Shown one piece after another: positions 26,301 to 38,300 of a stretch of DNA of 63,298 bases. The notes below the pieces were generated by a model. It was given only the letters and a program-made list of their open reading frames with translations, had not been told where the DNA came from and did no database searches. The number at the start of each line of letters is the position of its first letter. Positions within the stretch are counted from its first letter, which is position 1. Source of the DNA: Phoronis australis (taxonomy: Eukaryota; Animalia; Phoronida); NCBI GenBank assembly GCA_002633005.1, contig NMRA01000587.1, forward strand, positions 199,222-262,519, written 5' to 3'. Both the position numbers and the translations under genes were made by a program.

Positions 26301-29300
26301 GGCCATTGGTTGAGGTCACCTTTACTTGGTAAGTATGTTGAATCATGGCAGTCATACTCTGTTTTCACACCAGGATCTCTGGTTAGATTAGTTTAGGGGT
26401 TCCAATGTAGACGTCTGTCACTGATATAATTAAAGCCAGTCAGCTGTGTCCTATTTTATATTATTTCTCAGTAAATTTTAAACAAGATTGTAATGAATAC
26501 TTGTAATCCAGCTGGAGAAAAAGTAAATTTCTCCTTCACTGTTTAGTTTCTGAAATGTTTCACTGGTATGACTGCTGGTTGTTTTCAAAATATACTAGAC
26601 GGCTTCATCATTCAACAAAGTCTCAACGCACAAAATCGCAAATACCATAATTATCCATTCTTCCAACTAGATATTATGCGTTTCAATACCGGCAATTTCT
26701 GGGCAAACTCCGAACAATTGCTGCTCTGCACTATCCAAAACATGACATTTTACTTGGCAAGACGAGGAACAATAATGTCCCATTAAGCTCTGACTGCAAT
26801 TCAACAAAACTGCCATTTCGTTACCACAAATGTTCTTATTCAGGAAAGTTCTGTGGAAACAACATCCCCAGCACCATAGTGTCTACAGATAGTCGAATGT
26901 GGCTTGAATACAGGTCTTCAAGAGGAAGCAAAGGTGATGGTTTTAAGGCAACATACGAAGGTAAGTGGGGGTGATTGCACTGATGGGCAATAGATGGCAC
27001 TGTGGTCACTTACAGATTCAAGAGTTAGTGTAGTGTAGTTTTCAGAAAAGTCATTGGATTTTGTTGAAAGTCATTTAAAATAGCTTAATTTATACAGGTT
27101 GAGGTAAAGTGTCCGGAGGATACTGAATGAGAAACAACACCATGTCATCTGAAAATTAGCATTTTTGTTTTGGTCTGTAATTTCAGCGGTTTCCTTAAAG
27201 AAATGTGGTCAACTTCTTTTTGATAACAGCTGCAGTTCTTCTACTGTGCTGTGATGATGTGGTCCTTAGATGGTGATTGATGTTGGTGTCTTGCATAAGG
27301 TGCCCATCTTCACTTGTTGTCCTAATTGCCAATAACCTCCCAGGCACTGTCACAACCCTGGCTGGTCTTGTGGTACTGTTGTGGTGCCCCTGGTAAAGTT
27401 GTAATTGATTAAGCTGTGCCCAGATTGTTAGTAATGAAAACCTGCCCAGGAAAGGGTCCTGATTGTGAGAACTGAGTTGTACAACTTTCAGTTATGGTAT
27501 ATTGTCTGTCATCTCAGTGGTCATTACTTATGTCTTGACTAACTTTGCTTTTGATCTGCCCATGTGCTATTCTATTGAGGCTAATTTGATTAAAATAATT
27601 GTAATTAGATTAGCACAGGTTGCATTCCTGTGGTAAGCTGGTCAGTCAACCACCTCTGTTCCCTGTAACTATCTTTTGCACTTCTGTCCTTCCTACCAGT
27701 GAAGAACTTCCCATGCCAGATGCCAGCACCAGATAGACCTAATAGTACATTTAGGTGTAGGACTGTTTTCTATTTTCTCCGTGAAATCTGTGTTGTGCAC
27801 GAAAATATGGGTGGTTCTTTAGAGCATTTGTTTTGAGCTAAAGTGATGTTGTCAAATTATAAAAAACAACAGTCACACTGTTGAAGAGTCAATGTCAATG
27901 TTTTGCAAACTGAAAGAGGAGAGTGATGACCATTGTATTCTGATTTGTTAATTCTGACCCATGTGCTCAAAATTTTGTCACTGTGGTAGCAACTCAACAC
28001 AAAGACTTAAATTTGCTGGAACTGAAAAGGCAGCCCAAGTGTTTCTTGAAGCAGTTATTAATAGTAAATAGTGTGTGAAATTGCAGTCGTGCAAGATATG
28101 TGTGTGGAGCTGTTGTGTTATATATCACTCTTTGACTTGAGTTTGGTAGAGCTATTTATTGAATGAGGTAGCATTCTATGAGTTGGGGTTGCAGTATGAT
28201 ATCAACTCATTGTATTTGATAGCATAATTCTCCTTAGATTGTATTGAGTTGGAGATGTGTGAACATTTTGTATTAATTGCGGATTTTTCTGGAGCAAATT
28301 TTTATATTAGTGAGAATTAATTTTGTTGCAGCTGTGTGTGGTGGTGATGTCATCAAAGAAAGAGGTCACCTGTCTAGTCCAAACTACCCGGATGACTACA
28401 AGTCCGACAAAGAATGTGTGTGGAAAATTACGGTGCCAGAGAAATACTCAGTGGCACTTAAATTCCAGTCATTCGAGGTTTGTTCATTGCAATCTGAATT
28501 TCCTGTGTTCCTTATTGTTAGGGTAAATTCTCAACAATTTCAAACAAAAAATAATTGCAAAGATCGCGGTTCTCTCATATCCATTTCTTTTGATCTTGAA
28601 TCTGTCTCAATTTTGACTAAATCTCGACAAAATGTCGACAGGTTATGCACCACGCACATTGTCAAAATTGCGAAAACTTAATGTGCAAAGTCATTTATGA
28701 AATCAATAAACAATTAGTGGCTAGGTGCATTAATGTCACATTAACATCTGACTAAATTACCACAAAATGTCGTTTAATTCAGACAAAGTATGACTAAACT
28801 GCCCTATAATTCTGGAAGAAGTTCATAGTTTGATGGCTTCTGACGATTTTCTGTCAAAGTCTGTTTAGTTTACTTTAAAAATTGCTCTATGCTATATTGT
28901 TATTAGCAGATGACATAATGTTGACCAGATTGACGTTCTTTCTGTTTCCCAGATTGAGAATCATGATAATTGTGTGTATGATAACTTGGAGATACGGGAT
29001 GGTCATGACAAGGACTCTCCGCTCCTCGGGAAGTTTTGTGGATACAAAGTCCCTGACGACATCCAGTCGACTAGTAACAAACTCTATGTCAAGTTTGTCT
29101 CTGATGGTTCTGTGCAGAAAGCCGGCTTTGCTGCTACATTCGTTAAAGGTAATCTGATCTTATGGAATTGTTTTAATATCTAATCTACTAACGACTCAAC
29201 CTGTTCAGTTTTTTACCACTATTAGATGAAACTACTAAGCTTGGAAAAAAACAAAATGTTTTGTCATGCAAGTCAACTTCTGTGACTTTGCAGAAGTTTT

Positions 29301-32300
29301 AGTTATGCCTTTGGTTGCGAAAAATCTCTCACCTAAAGTTGACTTGACATATGCCTGTTTCATTGATTTCAGAAGTAAAGTCACATCATTGCCATTTTTT
29401 TGCAAAATCATATTTTTTGCTCTTTAGATCTCATGGTTAACTATCTCATTTGTACCATTTCTGTTAATACTAATAGGTAAATAAAACAACAGCATGTTTC
29501 TGTTTACAAAAGACATTATTACATCCGAAAATTTCAGTTTATCCATTCTTGTTGTTTTATTTACCTATTTATATTCTACATTTCGCGAAACAACAGTATC
29601 CTTGGGAGGATCTGGATCGCCTTATTTAGTTTCCGATTTATTTTCTAGGTTGTTAATACTACAAACTAATCACAAAGATCACATTATGTTTACTCTTACC
29701 CCACAGTTGTTGTTGCACAAAACAGGGCTTGGAATTTTCCGCGGAAACGCGGATTTCCGCTTTTTTCAAATGTTCTGTCCGCGCGTTTTATTATATTTCG
29801 GCGTAAAAAAATCGGATTTGATATAAAATTTCTGCAGCAAGTTCCTTTCTTACCGCGGCGTTGCAGACGACGTTCACCTCGGAAAGCGGAAGTTGCTCTT
29901 TATGTTTCGGAGGAACGTAAATTGTCAACATTGCCGGGGCATCTGGGATAGCGTCGTGGGATTTTCAATGGCGTCTCATGTTGTTGTAAACCGCGGCGAC
30001 AATTACTACGGCTCTGCAGTCAAAAATGTGTGGGTTGGGAATGGACGGACGAGCTAAAAGGACGCAGACGCATGGTACTGATGGTGGTAACGTTTTCCTT
30101 AACGTTTTCCTCCTTTTTTTATAGTCCTCCCGATTTTTGTCGGGGAAAGGTTCACATCGACCATTTCAAGGCTGGGTAGCGCGCATGATTTGGGCCGTAA
30201 AAGTTTCTGTGTTTTTTGTCATTGGTCATACCAAGCCCTGTGATCTATAACTTATTAATAAACTTACTAGGTAACCGATTTTTACAGGACAACAAAATTG
30301 GTTGGGTGCACCTTTAACATTACGTGACAATAAATGACAATTGTGTTTGCTGTGAGTAGAGGATTATTCACTCCAGTTTATCCATTATTGTTCATGATTG
30401 AAAGAAGGATTGTCGAAATTTATATTTAATTGGTATTAAAAATGTCGGCGAATGATGGATTTCTAAATCTTGAATCTCATGTTTATTGCCTGCACTTTGA
30501 ACAGAATTTGATGAGTGCAACTCTGAAAACCATGGGTGTGAGCACGACTGCATCAACACGTTAGGAGGGTACAGGTGTGAATGTAAGATTGGTTATGAGC
30601 TGCACTCTGATGGCAAAAGGTGTGAAGGTGAGTAACATCATGTGAAGGATTATCTTAATGCTAGTGTTTACAGAGCACTTTTTAACTTTCATAAGTTCTG
30701 TGCAAGTGACGTGCGTCCATGTGCTTTTGTCCAATATTGAGCGTTTTGTCGGTTTTTGCTTTTAGCATTTCATTTATGGAGTTATTTGTAATCACGTGGT
30801 TGTCTTAAATTGGAAGTTTTTTCTCTACTTTTGGTATACTTCGTTTACATAGTTAATGATTTTTTATATAAACGTATCAATCAACTTTCACTCACAAAAT
30901 AATCTACAAAAATGCCCAATGGTTGATTTTACTTCTAGGTTTCACCCTTACACCCATAACAGGTTCACATACTGCCACATCTACCCGTATGTGTTAGCAT
31001 TTAAAACCATATATATCAATTCATATAAGCTTGTGCATAGCGTTACTATACATGTAACCATGACAAAGCGACATTGATGTAGCAGCCAGTTTTCTCTTCT
31101 CCTTTCCCCACAGATCTTACTTTATTGCCATTACAATTGCAATATCCAGCTAACTACAAATTTGCCTTTTTGTTTTTCATATCTATTAAAATGTACAAGA
31201 ATTGGAGTTAAGCCCAGAAAGCGCTAGAAAGCGTTTTGTTTGAGTGTACTACACTGTGATCAATCTTGAGTCGGACATTATTGTTGCTCTGTGATTGTAT
31301 GACTTGTCTCCTGCCACTCAGATGCATGCGGAGGGTATATTCATCATCAGCCTAATGGCACTATACACAGCCCATCGTTTCCCGATCTTTACCCAGCCAA
31401 TAAAAACTGTGTCTGGCAGATCGTGGCTCCAGAACAGTACCGAATCACTCTCAACTTTACTCACTTTGACTTGGAAGGAACGAACGTAAGTTTTTTTGAA
31501 ATTCATGCCTTAAATAAAGAGCTTTAGGTAACTCGGCATGTGAGGAGGCAGTGTGGCCTTGTGGGATAAGTATTCGCTTCCTTTACTCGATGTCGTGGGT
31601 TTGAGTCCCTCAGGGAACGCTGCTACACCCTTAAGTCAGGCCTCTAGCTCCATAGCTCGGTTCTAACTATATATTAATTGAGCATAACATGCTTCTACAT
31701 GATCTTAAGCACACATGAGCAACCTGCTTGACAATGAATGTATTCAGTGTGCTGGAACAATAAACTAAACATGAACAAATTATGGTCTTAAGCACACATG
31801 AGCGACCTGCTTGACAATGAATGTATTCAGTGTTCTGGAACAACAAGTTAAATGTGAACAAATTATTAAATGTGTATGTGTGTGTGCTTACAGCAAGACT
31901 GTGAATATGATTCAGTAGAGATCCGCAGCGGCCTCGGTGCCGACTCTCAGCGACATGGTGTCTTCTGTGGTTCACATGTACCCATTCCGATCACATCTGA
32001 GGGCAACACTCTTCGTATTGAATTCAACTCTGATAACTCTGTCAGAAAAAGTGGATTTTCTGCTTACTTTTTCACAGGTGAGTAGGTAGTGTATCTGTCA
32101 AGGACAATTTTGCCGATGTTTCATTAAAATTAATTCAAAGAAAATTTTTTTAAGCTGAGCACAGTCGCTGATAAAGTATGAATTATGGTTTATGAACTAC
32201 TTAGCTGACACACTCACTGAACTAGGACATTAGCACAAAACATGAGATTAGCTAAGCCTTGTTTTTGCATGACTTCGAATTTCCTAACAAACATTTGGAA

Positions 32301-35300
32301 TATCTACTAACTTGCTTTATAACTTATAACAGACCAGATAACTTAGCAATCTCTTGTGGTATAAAAGCAACTGGGAGCCTTCTTCACGACCCTCTGCCAA
32401 GTCTCCAGTGTCAACTTGAACTCTTATACCTTAATATCAGAGGACCAGTTGTTGACATTTTCCTTGTTCTTTCAGACCGCGATGAGTGTGCTTCAGAGAA
32501 TGGTGGCTGTCAGCACACTTGTAAGAACACTGTTGGAAGTTACCAGTGCTCTTGTCACAATGGCTTCACACTCCATGAGAATAAGCATGATTGTAAAGAA
32601 GGTCAGTAGAAATTGAAGAATTAATGAGAAGTAACTTCTCAGAACTGGGGGAACATTGTATGGTAATTCTCAACTTATTTCGCACAAATTTATTCGCCAA
32701 AATTGCCAAAGACTATTTACCTTGCTAGCCTTAGTGAAACCAAATGTTGTTTTATAACATCTATACTTACTGCAACATATGCTTGTAATAGGCTAGCATT
32801 TTCCTATTTAATCTCTATTTTTGTGGAGAAATTTCTCTCGTTGGCCACGTTGCATGCTAAATATGTGAAGAATTGCCATAGAGTGACATATTTATGGGAG
32901 GTTCCAGGGGGTGTAGTGTCTTAATTGGCACCCCACTCCAGCCACCTACAGTAACAAAAATGTCAGTGTTATTCTGTTATTCTTGTGTTACTGCAGCAAT
33001 CAATAATGTATTGTGTTTGACTTGAAAACATACCAAAAATGTTTTAATAGTCAATCAGTTGAAATTAAGGGTGGTCTCTCATGCAGGGCTTGGAATTTTC
33101 CGCAGAAACGCGGATTTCCGCTTTTTTCAAATGTGCTTTCCGCTTTTTTATAATATTTCCGCGTAAAAAATTCGGATTTGATATAAAATTTCCGCGGCAA
33201 ATTCCCTTCTTACCGCGGAGTTGCAGACGACGTTCACCTCGAAAAGCGGAAGTTGCTCTTTATGTTTCGGAGGAACGTAAATTGTCAACATTGCCGGGGC
33301 ATCAGGGACAGTGTGGTGGGATTTTCAATGGCGTCTCGTGTTATTGTTAAGCGCGGCGACAAATACTACCACTCTGCAGTCAAAAATGTGTGGGTTGGGA
33401 GTGGACGGGCGAGCTAAAAGGACGCAGACGCTACTGCTGGTGGTAACGTTTTTTTTAGTCCTCCCGATTTTTGTCGAGGAAAGGTTAACATTGACCATTT
33501 CAAGGCTGGTTATCGGGCATGATTTGGGCCGTAAAAGATTCAAAGTTTCCGCATTTTTTGTCATTGGTCATTCCAAGCCCTGCTCATGATTTTCTATTTC
33601 TACCTGTGGGACTCTTGTAGGAGATTCTGGTTCAGATTCTGTGAACATTCATGGCAGACAGCGGCAGGAGCATTAAGCCTATAGTGTTGACTTTTGGCAG
33701 TGGATATATGCCATGTTTCAAGACACTTCTATCATGGTCTGTGTCGCAGAAAAGTCTGAATTAATGCAACAATCTCGTTTGTATCTATGAAGCATGCATA
33801 AGCTGTATTGGCTTTCCATAGGCGGATGCAAGCATGACATCACTGTAGCCCATGGTGAGATCAGCAGCCCTAACTGGCCAGACTTCTATCCAAGCAGGAA
33901 GGACTGTGTCTGGCACCTCACGGCTACAGCTGGCCACAGGGTGAAACTGGTGAGCAAATGATGCTGGGATTTATACAATGATGTATGTCCCAGTTCAGTC
34001 ATGTATTGATGTGTTGTAAGTGACTGGTGTACAATTGAACACAGAGGCTATTACAGCAGAAAGTACAGTGCAAGACAAAAGTAATCGAACAAAATACCAC
34101 TTCCCTTTCATGACGACTGATTTTTCAACTGCAGATTTATAAAATGGATGGTAATAACTATTATGGAACCAAAATTGGAACCAAAATTGTAATTACAGAA
34201 TGGCTTAGCTACTTTGCTAACGTTTGAGTTAATTTCCCTTAATTGTTGGTCATGAGGGAAGAATACAATGCCGTTATGACGGGGACTTCTGGGTTATTGT
34301 GTCTGAATACTTTTGGGTTGTACTGTATTTACACCTCAGCTCATTCTTAAGTATTGTATGTCAGTGTATGAGTGTTTTTGATAGATAAAATGTTAAAACT
34401 TCTTGCTACCAAATTTGTGATTTGCACTGATGTGTGTGTGACTGTCCTCACTGAAAATGGCGATCTTATGAATTACAACTTATATGCTGTTATCACCACT
34501 ATGAAAAGACTGTGTGGGCTCTTAGTAATCATGGTAGTGACGTCAGAGCTGTTAGTGGAACTACTTTGTGTGATCAGAGATACGATGATTAGAATTTTGT
34601 AATTTTGACGTTCTCGGGAATTTCGGCTGTCCAAAGTAAGTGAGCTTGTCACTCAGAATGTCCCATCATGACCAAATTGCACTAATTCGTATCACGCCAT
34701 CATCTGCAGGTATTATTTCTTTATGTGATTTCACAACCACCATTTTTCTACTTCTTGATTTCTCACCGTTGCTGATTTCAATGATTTGTTGTTAGGTGTT
34801 CAACGAGTTTGAGCTGGAGCCTCATCAGGAGTGTACCTATGATCACATAGCGGTGTACGATGGCGACAATGAGAAGGCACGGAAGCTGGGCAGATTCTGT
34901 GGCAGCTCGCTGCCCGAACCAATTGTAGCTAGCTCCAACAGGATGTTCATGTCTTTCTACTCGGATGCCTCGGTGCAGAGAAAAGGCTTCAAGGCAACGC
35001 ACAGCACTGGTATGATGGCCGGGGAACCGAGTGATTAGAGTGTTTTACTACTCGCCTCAGTTTAGGGATTTGTTGTAATCGCTTGCCCGTTGTAGGATTG
35101 TCACCGTGCCTGGAAATTCGCTCTCAGTCTGAAATTTTTTGAATCGTTTTATGACATTAATAAATCATGACACAGCAGGATTTCTTCTGCTGTATCAGTT
35201 TTATGTGCCCACATACGTATTATGTGGGTGCATATTGTTGTCATTTCTCTGTTGACGTCCAGTGTTTCGTGGTTGTATCCTAAAGCCTTTGTGAATGTTG

Positions 35301-38300
35301 GACGGATTGGATGTTTTCTGGGCCCCTATTTCCACGATAGATTTTCATGAGGGTTGGCAATATAGTACATTTCTGTGAAGAAAATGATTGCAACTATCCA
35401 GTTTCACAAATTTGGTTATTTTTGCACACTTTGGTGTTAATTTTTGTTATTTTTGCATGTTTTTTGATGTCTGCCTCCATCTCAAACTACTTGAAGAATC
35501 ATAACAAACATTAACAGATATGGTCCTTTTGTGTAGAGTGTGGCTGACATTAACTAAACTGCTTAATTAATGCCCCTAGTAGCAATTTTTGTTTTTGCAT
35601 CCACGTTTTTTGCTGGTCTTCAGGAAATTTGTATTACATGAAAAGAGGAGAGCACAACTGATGTTGATTTTTAGATTGATCCCACTATCATGAAAATGGT
35701 TTTGAAAGTAAGACTTAGTATACCTTTATTTCTTTAACCTTGGCGATGCTTGCATTGAGCGCATATCAACGCATTGCGTTGCCCATGTTTATGGAATTAT
35801 TTGACCGTACATACTTAAGGCATAGGACTGTCAGAAGATAATCGATGCCCCATATCTGCATGTGTTTGGATGTAGGTTGATATACACTCAGTAGCAATAG
35901 TCACAGGGGTCCAAGATTTTGAGAACCAGTTTGATACCTGTTCCCGAGTGGAGAGAATTGGTTATCAAAGTGAGTCACCCCTGTAAGTGAGTATTACCCA
36001 GTACAACTGTATTATTGTTAGCTTGAAAAGCTGTAGGAAGGGATGTAAGGTAGGCTGGAGAACTATACAGACATGACATGTTCCTGCAACTGGTGCAAGG
36101 AGTGTCAGGGAGAGGGAGAGTTAAGCAGGGAGGGTGGCGCAGTCGAACGGTGAGAGGATTTGAGGGTGGTAAAAGAAGGAAGGAAATAGCTAACAGACTG
36201 TTCTGGATCACGAGAACATAAGTGTCTGCATCGTGAGTTCATTTCTTTCTTTCCTTTCAGTTTGTGGGGGCACTTTACTCGCATCGCACACTGCTATGCA
36301 GCTCTTCTCGCATGCCAAATATGGCGGTCAGAACTATGGTAACAAGGAGGACTGTGATTGGGTCATTCATGCACCCACTGATCTCAGAGTTCGACTGAGA
36401 TTCACTGCATTTGAGGTGGAAGAAGAGGTGGATTGTGGGTAAGTAATTTTAAAAAAGTCCTAATGGCTGTTCCAGCAAAATCTGTATGGGAGGGGGGGAA
36501 AGCACTTTTATTTCATACCCACCGCCCGTATTTTTCATTTATTTCTCCAACCCATGACCCATAATTTTTTAATTATTTTTAATAGGTTAAAATATAAAAT
36601 CCAACACTTGCAAACAAATTGCCTCCAGGAGGACCTGTTAAGAACTTAGATGACTGACAGACAAGAACTAGTTGTCTTGTCCAATATTGTCAAAAACTAA
36701 AGTAGCCTGTGAGCAATACTTTTGGCAGCCACCAGGTGTCTCTGTTCACCATGTGTCTATAATTTCAATGAACATTTTTTCATTTATAAGGATCTATGAA
36801 TCTCAAACTGTCTCCACGAACTCTTCTATACTTCTATGTCAAGTGAATATTGGAACTTGTTTNNNNNNNNNNNNNNNNNNNNNNNNNNNNNNNNNNNNNN
36901 NNNNNNNNNNNNNNNNNNNNNNNNNNNNNNNNNNNNNNNNNNNNNNNNNNNNNNNNNNNNNNNNNNNNNNNNNNNNNNNNNNNNNNNNNNNNNNNACCAG
37001 GTCACACTGCTAAACCCTTGAGCCAGGTTTCTTTCTCCTCAGCTCAGTTTTAACCATATATTAATAAACTAAAGCATAAAAATGGTTCCAGGTTATCAGC
37101 GCAATGGGCCCATCTGGTACAACGCCTGCAATTGTTTTTTATATATTGGTTTCGATGATGGTAGTAGAGTCCCCATCATGGAGGCTTTTTACTGATTGAA
37201 TGCTGACAGGTTGTGGTGTCGAGTGTTCATTACTTGGGTTGTGATGTAATTTCCTGGGCTGATTACGTAGTGCCTGATTCCTCACAAATGTATTCTGCTC
37301 CGATAATTACATCACAACTCGTGCGACAAAGGTACCCAAAAAGGTTGACCTGTCTGCATTTGATCAGTAGAAAATCTGTGATGGGGATGCTTTGTCAACA
37401 TCAGAACTACTTAAGGCCATCACTAGATTTATTCTTAATATATTTATTCCACTGCTGAATGACTTAATAAATAAATATGCATATGATTGATAAAAGTAGG
37501 GCGCAAGTTATTTGAAACTAATGTTCACCAAAACATGTGGAATTGTTTATTTCAGGTATGATTATGTTGAGGTATTCGATGGTGATAATGAACGTGCTTC
37601 AATAGTTGACAAGTACTGTGGGAAACAGGTGGGTGGTATTACGAATGTGGTTAAAGTACTTTCTTGGCAACTGTCTGTGCTTCATTTGCCACTTAGCAGG
37701 CAATTGTTGTCTTAGAAAAAATCAAATCTTAACGTTGCACCTTCTCAAATCATTTAGCAATACGCGTCAAATTGTTTTGTAATGACATTGTTTGAAATAG
37801 GTTTTGCATTGTTTTTTGTATACAACTGCATTTCCACGCATTTTTTGGTAAAGTTAACCAGTTTAGTAATTATATGTGTTTTTCGTATTAGCTCACTTTG
37901 TGCACTGGAGGCTTGAACACAACAACAAATATTGTTAGCAGATCATGCTGAAATGGTAGTTCTTTGTGAAGAAACAAGGAACTGTGAGACTGCTGTTCAC
38001 AATCCTTAATCTCGTGTTTTTGGCTGCCTGTCATGTGGTCAGTGAAGGACATGCCAAGGTTTGTGACTGCTGTTTATCCTTATGCTTGATTTCCCCTGTG
38101 CTGTTATCACATGCTGTGGTCCTTCTTGTTGGTACATTGTATTTTCGTTACAGATACCACCCGAATTTATATCAACACATCAGAGTTTGATGCTACGGTT
38201 CAATTCTGACGACACCCTCAACTGGAAGGGCTTCGCGGCTGTTTACACTATCGCTCGGCCAGAAGACAGGGCCGAGGAAAGACCGGACTATGTCCGCCGA

